Below, piece after piece: positions 56,871 through 64,000 of a DNA stretch of 64,000 bases. Positions within the stretch are counted from its first letter, which is position 1. Each line of letters opens with the position of its first letter. A program made the translations under genes and the position numbers. Source of the stretch: Bdellovibrionales bacterium (GTDB taxonomy: Bacteria > Pseudomonadota > Alphaproteobacteria > Micavibrionales > Micavibrionaceae). The stretch covers positions 3,627 through 67,626 of the forward strand of contig JBBKXA010000091.1 in assembly GCA_037969235.1 (NCBI GenBank), written 5' to 3'. The notes beneath the pieces were generated by a model, which saw nothing but the letters and a program-made list of their open reading frames with translations, did no database searches and was not told the origin of the DNA.

Positions 56871-58085
56871 ATGAACACGATAAAAAAATTCTTACTTATT
56901 AACGCGCTTCTCATTTGCATCCCATTTTCCGACGCAAAAGCTGCTTATAATTTGCCATACATCGGCGAAACCATTGAATATACAGCGCGCCACGAAGATA
57001 CGTTTGTTCACCTTGCCCGCGACTATAACCTCGGTTTCACAGAAATGCGCGCCGCAAATCCATATGTTGACCCATGGCTACCAGGCGAAAAAACAACACT
57101 CATTCTCCCTACCCGTCATATTTTACCCAATGCGCCAAGAGAAGGCATTGTCATCAACGTCGCCGATATGCGCCTCTATGCCTACATCAATGGCGACAAC
57201 GAACCATACAGTACGCCAATAGGTGTTGGCCGCGAAGGGCTGAACACTCCTATCGGCACAACAACCGTAGTACGTAAAAAAGACGGCCCCACATGGCGCC
57301 CAACTGCACGCATGATTTCGGAAAAACCTGAACTTAAACCCGCATACCCCCCCGGACCCGATAACCCAATGGGCACGCACGCTATATATTTAGGCTGGCC
57401 AACATATGCGCTACACGGTACAAACCGTCCATTTGGTATTGGCCGTCGCGTTAGCTCAGGTTGTATCCGCCTATACCCCGAAGCCATTAAAGAAGTTTTC
57501 AAACGTATCCCCGTTGGCACAAAAGTTACAGTGGTCAACCAGCCCGTTAAAATGGCGTGGATTGGTGATGAATTATTTATCGAGGCGCATCCTACACTTG
57601 AACAATCCGTAGCGATGGAAGAAATGGGCGAAGTGCCCGAAGAAAAACTCACCAATGATGAGATGAACCAGCTTATCAAAATTGCAGGAAATCACCAAGA
57701 CCGCCTGCGCTGGCCCGCCATTCGTACAGCCCTCAAAGAACGTAGCGGCTACCCCGTATCAATCGCCCGTAAGCCAAGCGTTGAAGTCAACGACAGCGGC
57801 AAAATTGAAGAACACACCAATGCGACAAAGTTGACCACACAAAAAGCACAAGAATTATATGCAGGCTATGACGAAAAGTCCGATGTTTGGCGCGAAAATG
57901 AAAAAACTCCAGCAAAACAAATTGTTGTAGAAGAAACTGTAAAAATCACGTCACAAAAAGCAATCAAGGTCGAAGCTAACAAATCTCTAAACACCCTTCA
58001 TGTGGACGAAAAAAACGTGACGACCATCGCTGAAAATTCCGACCATAACCAAGATGATGCCAACTCCTATTCTTTAAACCAATAA
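56871..58085 (+). CDS. L,D-transpeptidase (YkuD/ErfK family) with a LysM-like N-terminal region and a long low-complexity C-terminal tail
   Basis: It has the signal peptide 'MNTIKKFLLINALLICIPFSDAKA' and the LysM-like segment 'YTARHEDTFVHLARDYNLGFTEMRAANP'. The catalytic motif 'HGTNRPFGIGRRVSSGCIRL' is present. The track ORF starts at 56841. Confidence 0.88.
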   Translation: MNTIKKFLLINALLICIPFSDAKAAYNLPYIGETIEYTARHEDTFVHLARDYNLGFTEMRAANPYVDPWLPGEKTTLILPTRHILPNAPREGIVINVADMRLYAYINGDNEPYSTPIGVGREGLNTPIGTTTVVRKKDGPTWRPTARMISEKPELKPAYPPGPDNPMGTHAIYLGWPTYALHGTNRPFGIGRRVSSGCIRLYPEAIKEVFKRIPVGTKVTVVNQPVKMAWIGDELFIEAHPTLEQSVAMEEMGEVPEEKLTNDEMNQLIKIAGNHQDRLRWPAIRTALKERSGYPVSIARKPSVEVNDSGKIEEHTNATKLTTQKAQELYAGYDEKSDVWRENEKTPAKQIVVEETVKITSQKAIKVEANKSLNTLHVDEKNVTTIAENSDHNQDDANSYSLNQ

Positions 58086-58100
58086 ATCGTTTTTAAATCA

Positions 58101-59312
58101 ATGAGCATATCATTCCAAGATATTGAAACGGCGTATGCCGCAATCAAGGATGCGACGATACGCACACCATGCGTCAAAGCTGTACGTCTTTCGCTACATC
58201 TTGGGATAGATCTGTATCTTAAGCTCGAAAACCTCCAACACACCAACGCCTTCAAAGCCCGCGGTGCATTGAATAAATTGCTCACGCTCAATGCCGAGCA
58301 AAGAAAAAACGGCGTCATCGCCTGTAGCGCAGGCAATCACGCTCAAGGTGTTGCCTATCATGCACAGCGCTTGAACATTCCAGCGACCATCGTCATGCCA
58401 AACGGTACACCATTCAACAAAATCAAACGCACAGAAGATTTCGGTGGTATCGTTGTCATTCACGGTAATAATTTCGATGAATCCGTTCAATTCACCATGG
58501 ATATGGCCAAGGACAAAAACTTCACCTTTATTCACCCATTCGATGATCCCGCCGTTGTTGCTGGCCAAGGTACATTGGCTATCGAAATGTTGGAGCAACA
58601 ACCCGACCTCGATGTTATCGTTGTACCTATCGGCGGCGGAGGTTTAATCGCTGGCGTAGCGACAGCCGTAAAAGCCATTAACCCCAAAATCGAATTAATC
58701 GGCGCCCAAGCCGAAATGTTTGACGCCGTAAAAGCCAATCGCGAAAAACGCAGCGCCCATGAAGGCGGCGCAACATTAGCAGAAGGCATTGCCGTCAAAG
58801 AGCCCGCACCCGAAAATCTAAAAATCATTGAAAAATTGGTTGATCGCATTGAATTAGCAAATGAAATAGAAATAGAAGACGCCGTTTTTGATTTACTCTC
58901 ATCCGAAAAAATTGTCGCCGAGGGCGCCCCCGGCGCTGGCCTTGCGGTCATCAAAAAAAACATCAAACATTTCAAAGGCAAAAAAGTCGGCTTGGTCGTT
59001 TGTGGTGGAAATATTGACTCTCGATTGCTTTCAACATTAATTCTGCGAGGCCTTGTCCGCGATGGCCGCATCACGCGCCTTGTATTCGAAATCAATGACA
59101 CCCCTGGTCAGCTCTCCGATATATCACGCATAATCGGCGAAAGCGGAGCAAACGTGATCGAAGTGATCCACCAACGTATGATGCAAAGCGTGTCTTTAAA
59201 ACAAGCGGAACTCGAAGTCGTCATCGAAGCGCGTGATAAACACCATGTCAAAGATTTAATTTCCACACTTAAAACCGCAGGTTTTAACGTAAAAGCTTCA
59301 AGCAACGTTTAA
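58101..59312 (+). CDS. ilvA: Threonine ammonia-lyase (threonine dehydratase) with a single C-terminal ACT-like domain
   Basis: The PLP lysine lies in 'ENLQHTNAFKARGA'. Also seen are 'SAGNHAQGVA' and the glycine loop 'PIGGGGLIAG'. The 403-aa length fits. Confidence 0.88.
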   Translation: MSISFQDIETAYAAIKDATIRTPCVKAVRLSLHLGIDLYLKLENLQHTNAFKARGALNKLLTLNAEQRKNGVIACSAGNHAQGVAYHAQRLNIPATIVMPNGTPFNKIKRTEDFGGIVVIHGNNFDESVQFTMDMAKDKNFTFIHPFDDPAVVAGQGTLAIEMLEQQPDLDVIVVPIGGGGLIAGVATAVKAINPKIELIGAQAEMFDAVKANREKRSAHEGGATLAEGIAVKEPAPENLKIIEKLVDRIELANEIEIEDAVFDLLSSEKIVAEGAPGAGLAVIKKNIKHFKGKKVGLVVCGGNIDSRLLSTLILRGLVRDGRITRLVFEINDTPGQLSDISRIIGESGANVIEVIHQRMMQSVSLKQAELEVVIEARDKHHVKDLISTLKTAGFNVKASSNV

Positions 59313-59325
59313 TGACTGGTTTAAT

Positions 59326-60606
59326 TTAAGCGCTCTTTTTCTCACGCTCATCTTCCATGGTCAAAGATAAAGCACGCGGCGTTTCTTCGATCGTTTCAAA
59401 ATCAGGCAATTCCGACAATGTGTGGTTGCTCGACTGCAGTTCCTTAAATTTACGCGCAGCAGGCAAAACCGAAGACTGCAAAGATCCCACCGCCGCATCA
59501 TAACCCTTCATCGCAGTTTGCAAATTCTTGCCCACTTTTTCAATATGACTGGTAAAGGTCAGCAAGCGCTTATACAAATCACTACCGCGTTCTGATATTT
59601 CCTGCGCGTTCTTCGCCAATTCCACTTGCCGCCAGCTCATCCCCACAACCCGCAACAAACTCATTAACAATGTCGGCGAAGCAATAATAATATTTAATCC
59701 CGCCGCATATTCAACCAAATTGGGCTCAGCCCGCAGCGCCAGTGAATAAATATGTTCCGATGGCAAAAACAACACCGTGAAATCAGGGCTCTGCTCGCCC
59801 TGCCCCACATTTTCCCAATATCCTTTTTTACTCAGCGCCTGCACATGCGATTTAACCTGGCGCGATAAATTTTGCATCAACGTATTATAATCCGTCTCAC
59901 TTAAATCTTCTGCCAATCGATCTGCAAATTGATTAATCGGCGCTTTGGAATCGATAATAATTTTAAATCCATCTTGCATATTAATCACAGCATCGGGACG
60001 CAACCGTCCAGCTTCGCCCTGCAACTGCACTTGAGTTTCATAATGCACACCCTTAATCAAACCAGATTTATCGAGAAGCCCTTCAAGTATATATTCCCCC
60101 CATCGCCCTTGCGCCGCAGGATCACGCAACGCGCCAACCAACCGCGCCGTTTCGCGGTTAAGCGTTTGCATATCTTCACGCAAATTATTATCCGTCGCCT
60201 TCACTTGCTCTAAAGCCTTGACCATATCTTCTAAATTTTTATGAACGGGCTTGATCATTTCCGCGATCGTGTTTTGACGCTTTTCCAAATCATGCGCACC
60301 ATCAGCCTGCGCCGCTTTTAAACGCTCCTGCGCCAAATGTAAAAACTGCTCACTACTTTGTTGCAACGCCGCCGCCGCCGTTGCCTTAAAACGATGATCC
60401 AGTGCCGCGCCAGCCTGATCAAACGCAATCTCTCGCTCACGCAATTGCGCTTTTATCTCCGCATTTTGCATCAACAAACCTTGACGATTATTCAAAAAAA
60501 CAATCGCTACTATTAAACCACCAAGCACAAACCCGACGCTTAATAAAAGAACGGGATCAAGTGTATTCAATGTAGCCATAAATTCCTGCATACTAAAACC
60601 TAACAT
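59326..60606 (-). CDS. rmuC: DNA recombination protein RmuC
   Basis: An N-terminal TM anchor is followed by a long coiled coil. The C-terminal nuclease-like region carries 'PDAVINMQDGFKIIIDSKAP' and 'FTVLFLPSEHIY'. Confidence 0.8.
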   Translation of the reverse strand: MLGFSMQEFMATLNTLDPVLLLSVGFVLGGLIVAIVFLNNRQGLLMQNAEIKAQLREREIAFDQAGAALDHRFKATAAAALQQSSEQFLHLAQERLKAAQADGAHDLEKRQNTIAEMIKPVHKNLEDMVKALEQVKATDNNLREDMQTLNRETARLVGALRDPAAQGRWGEYILEGLLDKSGLIKGVHYETQVQLQGEAGRLRPDAVINMQDGFKIIIDSKAPINQFADRLAEDLSETDYNTLMQNLSRQVKSHVQALSKKGYWENVGQGEQSPDFTVLFLPSEHIYSLALRAEPNLVEYAAGLNIIIASPTLLMSLLRVVGMSWRQVELAKNAQEISERGSDLYKRLLTFTSHIEKVGKNLQTAMKGYDAAVGSLQSSVLPAARKFKELQSSNHTLSELPDFETIEETPRALSLTMEDEREKKSA

Positions 60607-60628
60607 TGATTCTCAACAAAGAAAAGAA

Positions 60629-61345
60629 ATGAAAACAAAAAGTGAACAAAAAAATGTGAATGATCCTATCCGCGTCGCTGAACGAGGCAACGCTTTAATC
60701 TACGTTCTGATCGTCATTGTATTATTCGCAGCCCTTTCCTTTACCCTCATGCGTCAAGGTGATGACTCACAAAGCTCTGGGTTAAGCGATGAAAAAGCCG
60801 AGCTCTACGCCACGCAAATTATTTCTTACGCCGCACAAGCTCGATCCGCTGTTCAACAAATGCTGTTTACAGCATCCACAAAGGTCAGCGAACTTGATTT
60901 CACAACGCCCAATGAAGCCAACTTTGATACAGGCGCACTTATACATAAAATATACCACCCCCAAGGCGGCGGATTAACCGCAGCCACCCTGCACGCACCC
61001 GCAATATCACAAACAACAACAGACCCACAGGCTGATTGGTATTTCGGAGAATTTAACAATGTTGATTGGAGCAAAACCGCCGCAAATGATGTCATACTTG
61101 TGGCCTATCAAATCGCCCCGAAAGTATGCGGATTAATTAATAAAAAAGTGAATGGCACAACCACAATCCCAACCATCACCGCCCCCATTCGCAACGTCAT
61201 GATAGATGCCGCCCACCATAGCGGTGCAAACGTTGCATTCACTACTGATACAGGTGAAATTTGCTCTGAATGCCGCAACATGGCCTCACTCTGCGTACAA
61301 GAAGGCGGAATATATGCGTTCTACACCATTATCGCCGATCAATAA
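60629..61345 (+). CDS. Hypothetical protein with a PilX/pseudopilin-like N-terminal hydrophobic helix and C-terminal cysteines
   Basis: The sequence 'ERGNALIYVLIVIVLFAALSFTLM' is followed by a long amphipathic helix and 'CSECRNMASLC'. It has no canonical G|FTLIE prepilin site. Confidence 0.5.
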   Translation: MKTKSEQKNVNDPIRVAERGNALIYVLIVIVLFAALSFTLMRQGDDSQSSGLSDEKAELYATQIISYAAQARSAVQQMLFTASTKVSELDFTTPNEANFDTGALIHKIYHPQGGGLTAATLHAPAISQTTTDPQADWYFGEFNNVDWSKTAANDVILVAYQIAPKVCGLINKKVNGTTTIPTITAPIRNVMIDAAHHSGANVAFTTDTGEICSECRNMASLCVQEGGIYAFYTIIADQ

Positions 61346-61357
61346 GCAACACCATGC

Positions 61358-62017
61358 TTATTGCGTATAGCTAAGCAAAACCGCACGAAACTCTGCCAAT
61401 CCCGTGCCCTTATTTGCGCTGGTCGCCAAAACATAAGGATAAGCCGCCGCATGTTTTTTGATACTCGCTTTAATTTCAGACGTAATTTGCGCTAACTCTT
61501 GATCTTTAACTTTGTCGTTTTTGGTTAAAATAATGCGATATTGCACCGCCGTCTCGTCCAGCATTTTCATCAAATAAATATCACTGTCTTTTAAACCATG
61601 TCGCGAATCAATCAATATAAACACGCAGCGCAAATTCGGGCGTCCACGCAAATAATCAAAAATCAATTGCGTCCAATTATCGCGCTTGTCTTTAGAAACT
61701 TTGGCATACCCGTAACCAGGCATATCCACCATATATAATGTCTGACCGAGATTGAAAAAATTCAGCTGTTGCGTTCGCCCTGGTGTATTCGACGTTTTAG
61801 CCAGAGTTTTACGCCCCGTCAGAGCATTAACCAAAGTCGATTTACCCACATTCGAACGCCCCGCAAACGCAATTTCAGGCATATCTGCCGTAGGCAATTG
61901 CCCCAACTCCGCAACACCAAGCATAAAATCACAATCACCCGCAAACAGCTTACGAGCGGCTTCTATTTGGCTTTGAGAAAATTCTTCTTCATCGCCGCTC
62001 TTCATAATTTCGCTCAT
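61358..62017 (-). CDS. yihA: Ribosome biogenesis GTP-binding protein YihA/EngB
   Basis: Motifs seen are 'FAGRSNVGKSTLVNAL', 'DMPGYGYA' and 'TKNDK'. It lies immediately downstream of yidC with a 4-bp overlap, the conserved arrangement. Confidence 0.93.
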   Translation of the reverse strand: MSEIMKSGDEEEFSQSQIEAARKLFAGDCDFMLGVAELGQLPTADMPEIAFAGRSNVGKSTLVNALTGRKTLAKTSNTPGRTQQLNFFNLGQTLYMVDMPGYGYAKVSKDKRDNWTQLIFDYLRGRPNLRCVFILIDSRHGLKDSDIYLMKMLDETAVQYRIILTKNDKVKDQELAQITSEIKASIKKHAAAYPYVLATSANKGTGLAEFRAVLLSYTQ

Positions 62018-63969
62018 TTCTTTTTCTTCTTCTGCGTGGTGCGCTTTTTCGGCTTGGGCGGCTTAATCACTTTCGGCGCCTCATCCTCTTTGCCAAACAT
62101 GGCTTCTTCAATTTCATCTTCTGCCATTTCGCTCAAAGGATGCAAAGCTGGCCCTTCATCAACCGCTTTTTTCGCATCTTTTTCTTCCTGTGTTTCACCA
62201 AATAAATGGATGGGCACATCCATGGATTTCATGATAATCATCTGTTGAATAACCCCAATAAGCGCACTGCATGTCCAATAGATCACCAATCCAGCAGGAA
62301 AACGCGCCATGATAAAGGCAAACAAAAACGGCATATAATTGGCCATATCGCGCTGCAAAGGGTCTTGAGGCGGTGGATTAAGTTTCTTTTGTACAATCAT
62401 CGCAAGCAACATCAAACAGGGCCAAACGCCAATCATCAAAATCGACGGTGGATCCCACGGAATCAAACCGAATCCATTAAATATGCTGGTCGGGTCAGCC
62501 GCAGACAAATCCTGTATCCATCCAAAAAACGGCGCGTGACGGATTTCTATCGTCACGAAAAACGTTTTATAAAGCGCAAAGAATATTGGAATCTGCAGGA
62601 TAATCGGCAAACACCCCGACATCGGATTAACGCCTTCGCGTTGATACATCGCAATCAATTCCTGCTGCATTTTTTGTTTATCATCACCATATTTCTCGCG
62701 CATCTCTGTCACTTGCGGCGCCACTTTTTTCATCTTCGCAAATGAACGATATGACGTATTCGTGAGCGGGAATACAGCGCCGCGTATCATGATCGTCATA
62801 ATAATAATCGCCGCGCCCAAATTACCAAACCACAATCCCAAATAATGCAAGATGTAGAAAAACGGGATCGTCATAAACCAAAACCATCCAAAATCCACCG
62901 CCAGATCCAAACGCTTGATATTTTGCTCTGTTGCATAATCCTTGAGCACGAAAACGCGCTTTGCTCCAACAAATAAACGGCTCTCAACCTCGCCGCTTTG
63001 CCCTGCCTGTAATTCTAAAGGCGCACCAAGAAAATCCGCCTGATATTGTCCCACATTATCAGGATCTTTCGTCGGCCCCGCATATCCATAACTATATTTC
63101 ACATCTTGGCCTTGCGGCGGCACCAACGCAGTTAGCCAATATTTATCCGTATAACCCAACCATCCTTCTTGCGCCCACGCTGCCTCTTTTGTAGCTTTAC
63201 GCATATGGCCATAGCTTTTAGAAAACAATTTATCACCAATAAACCCAATCGGCCCCTCATGCGAAACCCATGTACCTTGAAAAGTTGGTGGAATGCCTTT
63301 CTGCGAAATCAAACCATACGGATATAATGTGACAGGTTTCCCTGAATTATTGATAACACGCTGTGTAATTGTAAATAAAAATTGATCATCAATGCTGATG
63401 CGACGCTCAAATGTCAGGCCGCTATTATTACTCCATTGCAATGTCACAGGATTATCTGGGCTTAAATTACCATTACCAGCAATTTTCCACACCGTATCTT
63501 TATCCGGCACACCGAACGCAGAATCCTTCGCAAGCCAGCCATATTCGACACTGCGTGGTCCTTTTGTGCCTTTAGGGCTTAAAACACTCACATTTTTTTT
63601 ATTCTTCAGCGTTTCAAAATAATTGTTCAAAATCACGTCATCAATACGGCCGCCTTTTAAATCAATCGTCCCGCGGATATCAGCATTTTTAAAATTAATC
63701 CGGCCACCTTCAACATCGGAGGCTTGCAAAACTTCATCACGTGATTTTATAGGCTCAATTTTTTTTCCAGTAACATCCTGACCAGATGCTTTAAGCTGCT
63801 TTTCAATTTTAGTTTGTTTTTCCATCGCCTCGCGTTGAGGCTTAAGGATAAAAGCATTGTAAGAAAAATACAAAAGCGCCGCCAACACAAAAAATATGAA
63901 CATATTGCGCATATCCGAAGGGTGCATTTGATCTTTTTTATGAGGGCCTAAGGGCTGCATAATACTCAC
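62014..63969 (-). CDS. yidC: Membrane protein insertase YidC, with an extended acidic-then-polybasic C-terminal tail
   Basis: The N-terminal TM segment is 'MRNMFIFFVLAALLYF'. A large periplasmic P1 domain is followed by the conserved core 'GCLPIILQIPIFFALY'. The tail ends '...PKVIKPPKPKKRTTQKKKKK'. Confidence 0.93.
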   Translation of the reverse strand: MSIMQPLGPHKKDQMHPSDMRNMFIFFVLAALLYFSYNAFILKPQREAMEKQTKIEKQLKASGQDVTGKKIEPIKSRDEVLQASDVEGGRINFKNADIRGTIDLKGGRIDDVILNNYFETLKNKKNVSVLSPKGTKGPRSVEYGWLAKDSAFGVPDKDTVWKIAGNGNLSPDNPVTLQWSNNSGLTFERRISIDDQFLFTITQRVINNSGKPVTLYPYGLISQKGIPPTFQGTWVSHEGPIGFIGDKLFSKSYGHMRKATKEAAWAQEGWLGYTDKYWLTALVPPQGQDVKYSYGYAGPTKDPDNVGQYQADFLGAPLELQAGQSGEVESRLFVGAKRVFVLKDYATEQNIKRLDLAVDFGWFWFMTIPFFYILHYLGLWFGNLGAAIIIMTIMIRGAVFPLTNTSYRSFAKMKKVAPQVTEMREKYGDDKQKMQQELIAMYQREGVNPMSGCLPIILQIPIFFALYKTFFVTIEIRHAPFFGWIQDLSAADPTSIFNGFGLIPWDPPSILMIGVWPCLMLLAMIVQKKLNPPPQDPLQRDMANYMPFLFAFIMARFPAGLVIYWTCSALIGVIQQMIIMKSMDVPIHLFGETQEEKDAKKAVDEGPALHPLSEMAEDEIEEAMFGKEDEAPKVIKPPKPKKRTTQKKKKK

Positions 63970-64000
63970 TCGCTTTTATTTATAGAGGTTGAACAGCGTT

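Noticed and set aside
60629-60730. A canonical type IV prepilin leader in the 238-aa hypothetical protein.
   Set aside because: It has no G|F/M-T-L-I-E cleavage motif and no Glu at +5, since the sequence is 'RGNALIY'. Only a looser PilX/TadG-like resemblance remains, and that is reported as a low-confidence finding.

Overview
This is a densely packed chromosomal window with about 55 protein genes. It looks alphaproteobacterial, judged only from gene content and synteny: bamB-der, cvpA-purF, ffs-dnaX-ybaB, ctaC-ctaD-ctaB-ctaG-ctaE-DUF983-SURF1, DUF1674/SDHAF4-like, IalB-like and the large NAD-glutamate dehydrogenase. GC looks low to moderate by eye, and no species can be assigned. Most of the window is housekeeping: GTPases Der and YihA, PurF, RadA, Rpe, RsmB, RsmE, XthA, DnaX, YidC, RmuC, an aa3-type cytochrome oxidase cluster, UbiA, threonine dehydratase and acetoacetyl-CoA synthetase. 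I saw no rRNA, tRNA, CRISPR array, transposase or integrase. One ncRNA is supported: an SRP (4.5S) RNA upstream of dnaX, which the ORF track masks with spurious ORFs. The standout is 48051-56714. It holds three tandem, same-strand, anciently diverged paralogs of 999, 931 and 920 aa. Each is a polytopic membrane protein with about 8 hydrophobic segments and a roughly 500-aa central cysteine-bearing loop. This architecture resembles the type IVB secretion protein DotA/TraY, or less likely the tandem VirB6-like arrays of Rickettsiales. No other secretion-system gene occurs anywhere in the 64 kb, and an L,D-transpeptidase follows directly. Secondary observations are a System II (ResB/CcsA/TlpA) cytochrome c maturation operon in an alphaproteobacterial context, an A7 slippery run in dnaX with tandem -1-frame stops at the position of the E. 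coli gamma/tau frameshift, lineage-specific ORFs inside the cta cluster and between bamB and der, an orphan PilX-like protein, and a YidC with a long basic tail. All family assignments rest on motifs read by eye. No searches or alignments were computed.
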